A stretch of 64,000 nt of DNA, taken from the human T2T-CHM13v2.0 reference genome, Homo sapiens. Below the pieces are notes generated by a model. That model was given only the letters and a program-made list of their open reading frames with translations. It was not told the DNA's origin and searched no databases. The stretch lies in the NCBI RefSeq assembly GCF_009914755.1, contig NC_060944.1; one strand, given 5' to 3'. Below are positions 42,501 to 57,500 of the stretch, one piece after another (position 1 is the first letter of the stretch; every line of letters starts with the position of its first letter). The position numbers and the translations under genes were made by a program.

Positions 42501-45500
42501 GGAATGGAATGGAATGGAATGGAATGGAATGCAATGGAAACAGCCAGAGTGGAATTGAGTGTAATGGATCGAAATGGAATGGAATGGAATGGAATAAACA
42601 TGAGTAGAATGCAATGGAAGGGAATGGAATCAAATGGAATGGAATGGCATTGAATGGAATCAACACGAGTGGAATGGAATGGAATGGAGTGGATTGGACA
42701 GTTATGGAATCAACCCGAATGTAATGTAATGGAATGGAATGGAATGGAATGCAGTGGAATTAACCCGAGGGGAATGGAATGGTATGGAGTGAAATGTAAC
42801 GGAATGGAATGGTATGGAATGGAATGGAATGAAAAGGAAAGGAAAGCAATGGAATCAAAACGAGTGGAATTGAATGGAATGTAAAGAAATGGAGTGGAAT
42901 TCAATAGAATCAACACGAGTGGAATGGAATGGAAAGGAATTAAACGTAATGCAATGGAATGGAATGGAATCCAATCCAATGTAAAGGAATGGATCGGAAC
43001 GGAATAGCATGTAATGGAATGGAATGGAATGGAATGGAATGGAATGGAAAAAATTCGAGTTTAATGGAATGGAATGCAAAGAAATATAATGGAAATGAAT
43101 GGAATCCACCCGAATGGAAAGGAAAGGAATGGAATGGAATGGAATGGAATAGAATGGAATGGAATGGAATGGAATGGAATGGAATGGAATGGAGAGGAAT
43201 GGAATGGAATGGAATGGAGAGGAATGGAATGGAATTGATTTGAGTGGAATGCAATCAACTGGAATGGAATGGAATGGAATGGAATGGAATCAACACGAAT
43301 GGAATGGAATGGAATGGAATGGAATGGAATGGAATGGAATGGAATTTAATGGAATGGAATGGAATGGAATCGAATGGAATGGAATGGAATTTAATGGAAT
43401 GGAATGGAATGGAATGGAATCACCCCGAGTGGTATGCAATGGAGAGGAATGGAATGGAATGGAATGGAATCAACCTGAGTGTTATGCAAAGGAGTGGAAT
43501 GGAATGGAATGGAATGGGATGGAATGCAGTCAACAGGAGTGGAATGGAATGGATTGTAATGGAATGGAATTTAATGGAATGGAATAAAACCGAGTGGAAT
43601 GGAATGGAATGGAATCAACCCTTGTGAAATGTAAAGCAAAGGAATGGAATGGAATGGAATGGAATCAACAAAAGTGGAATGGAATGGAATGGAATACAAT
43701 GGAATGGATTGGAATGGAACGGAATAAACCGGAGTGGAATGGAATGGAATGGAATGCAATGTATTCGATTGGAATTTATTTAACCCGATTGGAATGGAGT
43801 GGAATGGAATGGAATGGAATGGAATGGAAAGAAGCCGATTGGAATGCAGTGGACTGCAAAGGAATGGAATTGAAAGGGATGGAATGGAATGGAATGGAAT
43901 GGAATGCAAGGGAATGGAAAGGAATGGAATCAACCCGAGGGGAATGGAAAGGAATGGAATGGAAAAGAATGGAATGGAATGCAATCAACCCGAGTGGAAT
44001 GGAATGGAGTGGAATGGAATGGAATGGAATGGATTGGAATGGAATGGAATAGAATGCAATGGAATGGAATAGCGTGCAATGAAATGGAATGCAATGGAAA
44101 GGAATCAAGCCATGTGGAATCGAAAGGAATGGAATGGAATTGAATGCAATGGAATTGAATGGAATCAAGCCGAGTGGAATGTAATGGCATGGAATGGAGA
44201 GGAATGGAATGGAAAGGAATGGAATGGATTCAACGCGATTGGAAAGGAATGGAATGGAATGCAACGGAATCAACCCGAGTGGAATGCAATGGAATGGAAT
44301 GGAATGGAATGGAACGGAATGGAATGGAATGGAATGGATTGGAATAAACAATGCGTGGAATGTAGTGCATTCGAATAGAATGGAATGAACCCGAGAGGAA
44401 TGGAATGGAATGGAATGGAATGGAAGGGAATGGAGTAGAATGCAATGGGATGGAATGGAATGAACCCTAGTGGAATGGAATGAAATGGAATGGAATGGAA
44501 TGGAATGGAATGGAATGGAATGGAATGGAATGGAACGGAATAGAATCAACCTGAATGGAATGGAATGGAATGCAATGAAGTGGTATGGAATGGTTGGAAT
44601 GGAATGGAATAGACTCAAAACGAGTGGAATGGAATGGAATGGAAATGAACGGAATGGAAGGGAATGGAAACAACCCGAGTGGAATGGAATGGAATGCAAT
44701 AGAATGGTATGGAATGGAAGGGAATACAATGGAATAGAATGGAATCAAAACGAGTGGATTGGAATGGAATGGATTGGAATGGATTGGAAACAAACCGAGT
44801 GGAATGGAATGCAATGGAATGGAATGCAATGGCATGGAATGGAATGGAATGGAATGGAATGCAATGGAATGGCATGGAATGGAATGGAATGGAATGGAAT
44901 GGAATGGAATGTGCTGGAATGGAATCGAATGGAATCAACTGGAATGGAAGGGAATGGAATGGAATGGAATGGAATCAGTTAGATTGGAATGGCATGGAAT
45001 GGAATGGAATGCAATGGAATGTAATTGAATGGAATCACCCAAAGTGGAATGGAAGGGAATGGAATAGAATGGAAGGGAATGGAAAGGAATGCAATGGAGT
45101 CAACCCAAATGGAGTCGAATGGAATGGAATGCAATGGAATGGAATGAAATGGAATGGAATGGAATGGAATGAGATGGGATGGAACGGAATTAAACCGAGT
45201 GGAGTGGAATGGAATTCAATGGAATGGAATGGAATAAATTGGAATGGAATGGAATGCAATGCCATGGAACGGAATCAACCCGTGTGGAATGGAATGGAAT
45301 GGAATGGAATGGAATGGAATGGAATGGAATGGCATGGAAAGCAATTGAATGGAATGGAATCAACCAGAGTGCAATGGAGTTGAATGGAATGGAATGGAAT
45401 GGAATCAAGCCGAGTGCAATGGAATGGAATGGAATGGAATCAACCCGAGTGAAATGGAATGGAAAGTTACGGAATGGAATGGAATGCAATGGAATGGAAT

Positions 45501-47137
45501 GGAATGGAATGGAATGGAATGGAATGGAATGGAATGGAATGGAATGGAATTAACCCGAGTAGAATGGCATGGCATGGAATGGAATGGAATGGAATGCATT
45601 TCAATGGAATGGAATGGAATGGAGTCAACGCGAGTGGAATGCAATGGAATGGAATGGAAGAGAATGGAATGGAATGGAATCAACCCGAGTGGAATGGAAT
45701 GGAGTGGAATGGAATGGAATGGCTAGGAACGGAATGCAATGGAGTGGAATGGAATGGAGTGGAGTAGAATGGAATTCAATGGATAGGTATGGAAGGGAAT
45801 GGAGTGGAATGGAAAGGCATGGAAGAGAATGGAATGGAATGGAAAGGAATGGAATTGAATGGAATGGAATGCAATGGAATGGAATAGAATCAACCAGACT
45901 GCAATTGAGTGGAATGGACCGGAATGGAATGGAATGGAATGGAATAATCACGTGTAGAATGCAATAGAAGGGAATGGAATCGAATGGAATGGAATGGCAT
46001 TCAATGGAAACAACACGAGTGGAATGGAATGGAATGGAATGGATTGGAGTGGAATGGAATCAACCCGAGTGGAATGGAATGGAATGGAATGGAATGGAAT
46101 GGAATGGAATGGAGTGGAATGTAATGGAATAGAATGAAGTGGAATCAACCCGAGTGGAATGGAATGGTATGGAGTGAAATGAAATGGAATGGAATGGAAT
46201 GATACGGAATGGAATGGAATGGAATGGAAAGGAAAGGAATGTAATCGAATCAAAACGAGTGGAATGGAATGGAATGGAAAGGAATGGAGTGGAATTCAAT
46301 AGAATCAACCCTAGTGGAATGGAATGGAAAGGAATTGAATGGAATGGAAAGGAATGGGATGGAATTCAATCCAGTGTAAAGGAATGGAATGGAATGGAAT
46401 GAAATGGAATGGAATAAATTCGAATGGAAGGGAATGGAATGAAAAGTAATATAATGGAAATGAATGGAATCCACCCGAATGGAAAGCAAAGGAATGGAAT
46501 GGAATGGAATGGAATGGAATGGAATGCAGTCCACCCGAGTGGAATGGAATGGAATAGAGTGGAATGGAATGGAATGGAATGGTATGGAATCAACTCGAGT
46601 GGAACGGAAAGAATGGTACGGAATGGAATGGAAAGGAAATGAATGGAATCAACAAGACCAGAATAGAATCCCAAAGACTGGAATGAACAAGTGCAATGGA
46701 ATGGAATGGAATGAAATGGTATCAACCCGGTTGGAATGGAATGGAATGGAATGGAATGGAATGGAATCAATCCGAGTGGAGTGGATTGGAATGGAATGGA
46801 CTTTAATTGAATCAGCCCGACCGGAATGGAATTGAATGGAATGGATTGAAATGGAATGGAATGGAATGGAATGGAATGGAATGCAATGGAATGGAATGGA
46901 ATTGATTGATTGGAATGCAATGGAATGGAATGGAATGGAATCACGACGATTGAAATGCAATGGAATGGAATGGAATTGAATCACCACGATTGGAATGGAT
47001 TGGAATGGAATGGAATGGAATGGAATGGAATGGAATGGAATGGAATGGAATGGATTCAACCCGAGTGCAATGGAATGGATTGCAATGGAATGAAATCAAC
47101 CCGAGTGGAATGGAATGGAATGGAATGGGATGGAATA
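42397..47137 (+). repeat. HOR unit A (~4.74 kb, carries the 445-bp deletion)
   Basis: Bounded by gaatgaaatggagtggattggaatcaaactgag at 42397 and 47138. Private alleles ggatcggaac (~42991), agcgtgcaat (~44071) and gggaatacaat (~44720). Confidence 0.85.
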
Positions 47138-49832
47138 GAATGAAATGGAGTGGATTGGAATCAAACTGAGTGGAATGGAAAGGAATGGAAAGGAATGTAA
47201 TTGAAGAGAATGGAATGGAATGGAATGGAATAGAATGGAATGGAATGGAATGGAATGGAATGCAATGGAAACAGCCAGAGTGGAATTGAGTGTAATGGAT
47301 CGAAATGGAATGGAATGGAATGGAATAAACATGAGTAGAATGCAATGGAAGGGAATGGAATCAAATGGAATGGAATGGCATTGAATGGAATCAACACGAG
47401 TGGAATGGAATGGAATGGAGTGGATTGGACAGTTATGGAATCAACCCGAATGGAATGTAATGGAATGGAATGGAATGGAATGCAGTGGAATTAACCCGAG
47501 GGGAATGGAATGGTATGGAGTGAAATGTAACGGAATGGAATGGTATGGAATGGAATGGAATGAAAAGGAAAGGAAAGCAATGGAATCAAAACGAGTGGAA
47601 TTGAATGGAATGTAAAGAAATGGAGTGGAATTCAATAGAATCAACACGAGTGGAATGGAATGGAAAGGAATTAAACGTAATGGAATGGAATGGAATGGAA
47701 TCCAATCCAATGTAAAGGAATGGAACGGAACGGAATAGCATGTAATGGAATGGAATGGAATGGAATGGAATGGAATGGAAAAAATTCGAGTTTAATGGAA
47801 TGGAATGCAAAGAAATATAATGGAAATGAATGGAATCCACCCGAATGGAAAGGAAAGGAATGGAATGGAATGGAATGGAATGGAATGGAATGGAATGGAA
47901 TGGAATTGAATGGAATGGAGAGGAATGGAATGGAATGGAATGGAGAGGAATGGAATGGAATTGATTTGAGTGGAATGCAATCAACTGGAATGGAATGCAA
48001 TGGAATGGAATGGAATGGAATGGAATGGAATGGAATTTAATGGAATGGAATGGAATGGAATCGAATGGAATGGAATGGAATTTAATGGAATGGAATGGAA
48101 TGGAATGGAATGGAATCACCCCGAGTGGTATGCAATGGAGAGGAATGGAATGGAATGGAATGGAATCAACCTGAGTGTTATGCAAAGGAGTGGAATGGAA
48201 TGGAATGGAATGGGATGGAATGCAGTCAACAGGAGTGGAATGGAATGGATTGTAATGGAATGGAATTTAATGGAATGGAATAAAACCGAGTGGAATGGAA
48301 TGGAATGGAATCAACCCTTGTGAAATGTAAAGCAAAGGAATGGAATGGAATGGAATGGAATCAACAAAAGTGGAATGGAATGGAATGGAATACAATGGAA
48401 TGGATTGGAATGGAACGGAAAAAACCGGAGTGAAATGGAATGGAATGGAATGCAATGTATTCGATTGGAATTTATTTAACCCGATTGGAATGGAGTGGAA
48501 TGGAATGGAATGGAATGGAATGGAAAGAAGCCGATTGGAATGCAGTGGACTGCAAAGGAATGGAATTGAAAGGGATGGAATGGAATGGAATGGAATGGAA
48601 TGGAATGGAATGGAATGGAATGCAAGGGAATGGAAAGGAATGGAATCAACCCGAGGGGAATGGAAAGGAATGGAATGGAAAAGAATGGAATGGAATGCAA
48701 TCAACCCGAGTGGAATGGAATGGAGTGGAATGGAATGGAATGGAATGGATTGGAATGGAATGGAATAGAATGCAATGGAATGGAATAGCGTGGAATGAAA
48801 TGGAATGCAATGGAAAGGAATCAAGCCATGTGGAATCGAAAGGAATGGAATGGAATTGAATGCAATGGAATTGAATGGAATCAAGCCGAGTGGAATGTAA
48901 TGGCATGGAATGGAGAGGAATGGAATGGAAAGGAATGGAATGGATTCAACGCGATTGGAAAGGAATGGAATGGAATGCAACGGAATCAACCCGAGTGGAA
49001 TGCAATGGAATGGAATGGAATGGAATGGAATGGAACGGAATGGAATGGAATGGAATGGATTGGAATAAACAATGCGTGGAATGTAGTGCATTCGAATAGA
49101 ATGGAATGAACCCGAGAGGAATGGAATGGAATGGAATGGAATGGAAGGGAATGGAGTAGAATGCAATGGGATGGAATGGAATGAACCCTAGTGGAATGGA
49201 ATGAAATGGAATGGAATGGAATGGAATGGAATGGAATGGAATGGAATGGAATGGAATAGAATCAACCTGAATGGAATGGAATGGAATGCAATGAAGTGGT
49301 ATGGAATGGTTGGAATGGAATGGAATAGACTCAAAACGAGTGGAATGGAATGGAATGGAAATGAACGGAATGGAAGGGAATGGAAACAACCCGAGTGGAA
49401 TGGAATGGAATGCAATAGAATGGTATGGAATGGAAGGGAATAGAATGGAATAGAATGTAATCAAAACGAGTGGATTGGAATGGAATGGATTGGAATGGAT
49501 TGGAAACAAACCGAGTGGAATGGAATGCAATGGAATGGAATGCAATGGCATGGAATGGAATGGAATGGATTGCAATGGAATGGCATGGAATGGAATGGAA
49601 TGGAATGGAATGGAATGGAATGGAATGTGCTGGAATGGAATCGAATGGAATCAACTGGAATGGAAGGGAATGGAATGGAATGGAATGGAATCAGTTAGAT
49701 TGGAATGGCATGGAATGGAATGGAATGCAATGGAATGTAATTGAATGGAATCACCCAAAGTGGAATGGAAGGGAATGGAATAGAATGGAAGGGAATGGAA
49801 AGGAATGCAATGGAGTCAACCCAAATGGAGTC
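47138..49832 (+). repeat. HOR unit B, truncated (~2.70 kb)
   Basis: Follows the unit order up to caacccaaatggagtcgaatg (~49817-49837), then jumps back to the unit start. B alleles gaaaaaaccggagtgaaat (~48418) and agcgtggaat (~48787). Confidence 0.85.
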
Positions 49833-52800
49833 GAATGAAATGGAGTGGATTGGAATCAAACTGAGTGGAATGGAAAGGAATGGAAAGGAATGTAATTGAA
49901 GAGAATGGAATGGAATGGAATGGAATAGAATGGAATGGAATGGAATGGAATGGAATGGAATGGAATGCAATGGAAACAGCCAGAGTGGAATTGAGTGTAA
50001 TGGATCGAAATGGAATGGAATGGAATGGAATAAACATGAGTAGAATGCAATGGAAGGGAATGGAATCAAATGGAATGGAATGGCATTGAATGGAATCAAC
50101 ACGAGTGGAATGGAATGGAATGGAGTGGATTGGACAGTTATGGAATCAACCCGAATGTAATGTAATGGAATGGAATGGAATGGAATGCAGTGGAATTAAC
50201 CCGAGGGGAATGGAATGGTATGGAGTGAAATGTAACGGAATGGAATGGTATGGAATGGAATGGAATGAAAAGGAAAGGAAAGCAATGGAATCAAAACGAG
50301 TGGAATTGAATGGAATGTAAAGAAATGGAGTGGAATTCAATAGAATCAACACGAGTGGAATGGAATGGAAAGGAATTAAACGTAATGCAATGGAATGGAA
50401 TGGAATCCAATCCAATGTAAAGGAATGGATCGGAACGGAATAGCATGTAATGGAATGGAATGGAATGGAATGGAATGGAATGGAAAAAATTCGAGTTTAA
50501 TGGAATGGAATGCAAAGAAATATAATGGAAATGAATGGAATCCACCCGAATGGAAAGGAAAGGAATGGAATGGAATGGAATGGAATAGAATGGAATGGAA
50601 TGGAATGGAATGGAATGGAATGGAATGGAGAGGAATGGAATGGAATGGAATGGAGAGGAATGGAATGGAATTGATTTGAGTGGAATGCAATCAACTGGAA
50701 TGGAATGGAATGGAATGGAATGGAATCAACACGAATGGAATGGAATGGAATGGAATGGAATGGAATGGAATGGAATGGAATTTAATGGAATGGAATGGAA
50801 TGGAATCGAATGGAATGGAATGGAATTTAATGGAATGGAATGGAATGGAATGGAATCACCCCGAGTGGTATGCAATGGAGAGGAATGGAATGGAATGGAA
50901 TGGAATCAACCTGAGTGTTATGCAAAGGAGTGGAATGGAATGGAATGGAATGGGATGGAATGCAGTCAACAGGAGTGGAATGGAATGGATTGTAATGGAA
51001 TGGAATTTAATGGAATGGAATAAAACCGAGTGGAATGGAATGGAATGGAATCAACCCTTGTGAAATGTAAAGCAAAGGAATGGAATGGAATGGAATGGAA
51101 TCAACAAAAGTGGAATGGAATGGAATGGAATACAATGGAATGGATTGGAATGGAACGGAATAAACCGGAGTGGAATGGAATGGAATGGAATGCAATGTAT
51201 TCGATTGGAATTTATTTAACCCGATTGGAATGGAGTGGAATGGAATGGAATGGAATGGAATGGAAAGAAGCCGATTGGAATGCAGTGGACTGCAAAGGAA
51301 TGGAATTGAAAGGGATGGAATGGAATGGAATGGAATGGAATGCAAGGGAATGGAAAGGAATGGAATCAACCCGAGGGGAATGGAAAGGAATGGAATGGAA
51401 AAGAATGGAATGGAATGCAATCAACCCGAGTGGAATGGAATGGAGTGGAATGGAATGGAATGGAATGGATTGGAATGGAATGGAATAGAATGCAATGGAA
51501 TGGAATAGCGTGCAATGAAATGGAATGCAATGGAAAGGAATCAAGCCATGTGGAATCGAAAGGAATGGAATGGAATTGAATGCAATGGAATTGAATGGAA
51601 TCAAGCCGAGTGGAATGTAATGGCATGGAATGGAGAGGAATGGAATGGAAAGGAATGGAATGGATTCAACGCGATTGGAAAGGAATGGAATGGAATGCAA
51701 CGGAATCAACCCGAGTGGAATGCAATGGAATGGAATGGAATGGAATGGAACGGAATGGAATGGAATGGAATGGATTGGAATAAACAATGCGTGGAATGTA
51801 GTGCATTCGAATAGAATGGAATGAACCCGAGAGGAATGGAATGGAATGGAATGGAATGGAAGGGAATGGAGTAGAATGCAATGGGATGGAATGGAATGAA
51901 CCCTAGTGGAATGGAATGAAATGGAATGGAATGGAATGGAATGGAATGGAATGGAATGGAATGGAACGGAATAGAATCAACCTGAATGGAATGGAATGGA
52001 ATGCAATGAAGTGGTATGGAATGGTTGGAATGGAATGGAATAGACTCAAAACGAGTGGAATGGAATGGAATGGAAATGAACGGAATGGAAGGGAATGGAA
52101 ACAACCCGAGTGGAATGGAATGGAATGCAATAGAATGGTATGGAATGGAAGGGAATACAATGGAATAGAATGGAATCAAAACGAGTGGATTGGAATGGAA
52201 TGGATTGGAATGGATTGGAAACAAACCGAGTGGAATGGAATGCAATGGAATGGAATGCAATGGCATGGAATGGAATGGAATGGAATGGAATGCAATGGAA
52301 TGGCATGGAATGGAATGGAATGGAATGGAATGGAATGGAATGTGCTGGAATGGAATCGAATGGAATCAACTGGAATGGAAGGGAATGGAATGGAATGGAA
52401 TGGAATCAGTTAGATTGGAATGGCATGGAATGGAATGGAATGCAATGGAATGTAATTGAATGGAATCACCCAAAGTGGAATGGAAGGGAATGGAATAGAA
52501 TGGAAGGGAATGGAAAGGAATGCAATGGAGTCAACCCAAATGGAGTCGAATGGAATGGAATGCAATGGAATGGAATGAAATGGAATGGAATGGAATGGAA
52601 TGAGATGGGATGGAACGGAATTAAACCGAGTGGAGTGGAATGGAATTCAATGGAATGGAATGGAATAAATTGGAATGGAATGGAATGCAATGCCATGGAA
52701 CGGAATCAACCCGTGTGGAATGGAATGGAATGGAATGGAATGGAATGGAATGGAATGGAATGGAATGGCATGGAAAGCAATTGAATGGAATGGAATCAAC

Positions 52801-54578
52801 CAGAGTGCAATGGAGTTGAATGGAATGGAATGGAATGGAATCAAGCCGAGTGCAATGGAATGGAATGGAATGGAATCAACCCGAGTGAAATGGAATGGAA
52901 AGTTACGGAATGGAATGGAATGCAATGGAATGGAATGGAATGGAATGGAATGGAATGGAATGGAATGGAATGGAATGGAATGGAATGGAATTAACCCGAG
53001 TAGAATGGCATGGCATGGAATGGAATGGAATGGAATGCATTTCAATGGAATGGAATGGAATGGAGTCAACGCGAGTGGAATGCAATGGAATGGAATGGAA
53101 GAGAATGGAATGGAATGGAATCAACCCGAGTGGAATGGAATGGAGTGGAATGGAATGGAATGGCTAGGAACGGAATGCAATGGAGTGGAATGGAATGGAG
53201 TGGAGTAGAATGGAATTCAATGGATAGGTATGGAAGGGAATGGAGTGGAATGGAAAGGCATGGAAGAGAATGGAATGGAATGGAAAGGAATGGAATTGAA
53301 TGGAATGGAATGCAATGGAATGGAATAGAATCAACCAGACTGCAATTGAGTGGAATGGACCGGAATGGAATGGAATGGAATGGAATAATCACGTGTAGAA
53401 TGCAATAGAAGGGAATGGAATCGAATGGAATGGAATGGCATTCAATGGAAACAACACGAGTGGAATGGAATGGAATGGAATGGATTGGAGTGGAATGGAA
53501 TCAACCCGAGTGGAATGGAATGGAATGGAATGGAATGGAATGGAATGGAATGGAGTGGAATGTAATGGAATAGAATGAAGTGGAATCAACCCGAGTGGAA
53601 TGGAATGGTATGGAGTGAAATGAAATGGAATGGAATGGAATGATACGGAATGGAATGGAATGGAATGGAAAGGAAAGGAATGTAATCGAATCAAAACGAG
53701 TGGAATGGAATGGAATGGAAAGGAATGGAGTGGAATTCAATAGAATCAACCCTAGTGGAATGGAATGGAAAGGAATTGAATGGAATGGAAAGGAATGGGA
53801 TGGAATTCAATCCAGTGTAAAGGAATGGAATGGAATGGAATGAAATGGAATGGAATAAATTCGAATGGAAGGGAATGGAATGAAAAGTAATATAATGGAA
53901 ATGAATGGAATCCACCCGAATGGAAAGCAAAGGAATGGAATGGAATGGAATGGAATGGAATGGAATGCAGTCCACCCGAGTGGAATGGAATGGAATAGAG
54001 TGGAATGGAATGGAATGGAATGGTATGGAATCAACTCGAGTGGAACGGAAAGAATGGTACGGAATGGAATGGAAAGGAAATGAATGGAATCAACAAGACC
54101 AGAATAGAATCCCAAAGACTGGAATGAACAAGTGCAATGGAATGGAATGGAATGAAATGGTATCAACCCGGTTGGAATGGAATGGAATGGAATGGAATGG
54201 AATGGAATGGAATCAATCCGAGTGGAGTGGATTGGAATGGAATGGACTTTAATTGAATCAGCCCGACCGGAATGGAATTGAATGGAATGGATTGAAATGG
54301 AATGGAATGGAATGGAATGGAATGGAATGCAATGGAATGGAATGGAATTGATTGATTGGAATGCAATGGAATGGAATGGAATGGAATCACGACGATTGAA
54401 ATGCAATGGAATGGAATGGAATTGAATCACCACGATTGGAATGGATTGGAATGGAATGGAATGGAATGGAATGGAATGGAATGGAATGGAATGGATTCAA
54501 CCCGAGTGCAATGGAATGGATTGCAATGGAATGAAATCAACCCGAGTGGAATGGAATGGAATGGAATGGGATGGAATA
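49833..54578 (+). repeat. HOR unit A' (~4.75 kb), near-identical copy of unit A
   Basis: Same A-private alleles at offset +7431 to +7441, and the same 445-bp deletion junction at ~54530. Confidence 0.85.
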
Positions 54579-57500
54579 GAATGAAATGGAGTGGATTGGA
54601 ATCAAACTGAGTGGAATGGAAAGGAATGGAAAGGAATGTAATTGAAGAGAATGGAATGGAATGGAATGGAATAGAATGGAATGGAATGGAATGGAATGGA
54701 ATGCAATGGAAACAGCCAGAGTGGAATTGAGTGTAATGGATCGAAATGGAATGGAATGGAATGGAATAAACATGAGTAGAATGCAATGGAAGGGAATGGA
54801 ATCAAATGGAATGGAATGGCATTGAATGGAATCAACACGAGTGGAATGGAATGGAATGGAGTGGATTGGACAGTTATGGAATCAACCCGAATGGAATGTA
54901 ATGGAATGGAATGGAATGGAATGCAGTGGAATTAACCCGAGGGGAATGGAATGGTATGGAGTGAAATGTAACGGAATGGAATGGTATGGAATGGAATGGA
55001 ATGAAAAGGAAAGGAAAGCAATGGAATCAAAACGAGTGGAATTGAATGGAATGTAAAGAAATGGAGTGGAATTCAATAGAATCAACACGAGTGGAATGGA
55101 ATGGAAAGGAATTAAACGTAATGGAATGGAATGGAATGGAATCCAATCCAATGTAAAGGAATGGAACGGAACGGAATAGCATGTAATGGAATGGAATGGA
55201 ATGGAATGGAATGGAATGGAAAAAATTCGAGTTTAATGGAATGGAATGCAAAGAAATATAATGGAAATGAATGGAATCCACCCGAATGGAAAGGAAAGGA
55301 ATGGAATGGAATGGAATGGAATGGAATGGAATGGAATGGAATGGAATTGAATGGAATGGAGAGGAATGGAATGGAATGGAATGGAGAGGAATGGAATGGA
55401 ATTGATTTGAGTGGAATGCAATCAACTGGAATGGAATGCAATGGAATGGAATGGAATGGAATGGAATGGAATGGAATTTAATGGAATGGAATGGAATGGA
55501 ATCGAATGGAATGGAATGGAATTTAATGGAATGGAATGGAATGGAATGGAATGGAATCACCCCGAGTGGTATGCAATGGAGAGGAATGGAATGGAATGGA
55601 ATGGAATCAACCTGAGTGTTATGCAAAGGAGTGGAATGGAATGGAATGGAATGGGATGGAATGCAGTCAACAGGAGTGGAATGGAATGGATTGTAATGGA
55701 ATGGAATTTAATGGAATGGAATAAAACCGAGTGGAATGGAATGGAATGGAATCAACCCTTGTGAAATGTAAAGCAAAGGAATGGAATGGAATGGAATGGA
55801 ATCAACAAAAGTGGAATGGAATGGAATGGAATACAATGGAATGGATTGGAATGGAACGGAAAAAACCGGAGTGAAATGGAATGGAATGGAATGCAATGTA
55901 TTCGATTGGAATTTATTTAACCCGATTGGAATGGAGTGGAATGGAATGGAATGGAATGGAATGGAAAGAAGCCGATTGGAATGCAGTGGACTGCAAAGGA
56001 ATGGAATTGAAAGGGATGGAATGGAATGGAATGGAATGGAATGGAATGGAATGGAATGGAATGGAATGCAAGGGAATGGAAAGGAATGGAATCAACCCGA
56101 GGGGAATGGAAAGGAATGGAATGGAAAAGAATGGAATGGAATGCAATCAACCCGAGTGGAATGGAATGGAGTGGAATGGAATGGAATGGAATGGATTGGA
56201 ATGGAATGGAATAGAATGCAATGGAATGGAATAGCGTGGAATGAAATGGAATGCAATGGAAAGGAATCAAGCCATGTGGAATCGAAAGGAATGGAATGGA
56301 ATTGAATGCAATGGAATTGAATGGAATCAAGCCGAGTGGAATGTAATGGCATGGAATGGAGAGGAATGGAATGGAAAGGAATGGAATGGATTCAACGCGA
56401 TTGGAAAGGAATGGAATGGAATGCAACGGAATCAACCCGAGTGGAATGCAATGGAATGGAATGGAATGGAATGGAATGGAACGGAATGGAATGGAATGGA
56501 ATGGATTGGAATAAACAATGCGTGGAATGTAGTGCATTCGAATAGAATGGAATGAACCCGAGAGGAATGGAATGGAATGGAATGGAATGGAAGGGAATGG
56601 AGTAGAATGCAATGGGATGGAATGGAATGAACCCTAGTGGAATGGAATGAAATGGAATGGAATGGAATGGAATGGAATGGAATGGAATGGAATGGAATAG
56701 AATCAACCTGAATGGAATGGAATGGAATGCAATGAAGTGGTATGGAATGGTTGGAATGGAATGGAATAGACTCAAAACGAGTGGAATGGAATGGAATGGA
56801 AATGAACGGAATGGAAGGGAATGGAAACAACCCGAGTGGAATGGAATGGAATGCAATAGAATGGTATGGAATGGAAGGGAATAGAATGGAATAGAATGTA
56901 ATCAAAACGAGTGGATTGGAATGGAATGGATTGGAATGGATTGGAAACAAACCGAGTGGAATGGAATGCAATGGAATGGAATGCAATGGCATGGAATGGA
57001 ATGGAATGGATTGCAATGGAATGGCATGGAATGGAATGGAATGGAATGGAATGGAATGGAATGGAATGTGCTGGAATGGAATCGAATGGAATCAACTGGA
57101 ATGGAAGGGAATGGAATGGAATGGAATGGAATCAGTTAGATTGGAATGGCATGGAATGGAATGGAATGCAATGGAATGTAATTGAATGGAATCACCCAAA
57201 GTGGAATGGAAGGGAATGGAATAGAATGGAAGGGAATGGAAAGGAATGCAATGGAGTCAACCCAAATGGAATCGAATGGAATGGAATGCAATGGAATGGA
57301 ATGAAATGGAATGGAATGGAATGGAATGAGATGGGATGGAACGGAATTAAACCGAGTGGAGTGGAATGGAATTCAATGGAATGGAATGGAATAAATTGGA
57401 ATGGAATGGAATGCAATGCCATGGAACGGAATCAACCCGTGTGGAATGGAATGGAATGGAATGGAATGGAATGGAATGGAATGGAATGGCATGGAAAGCA

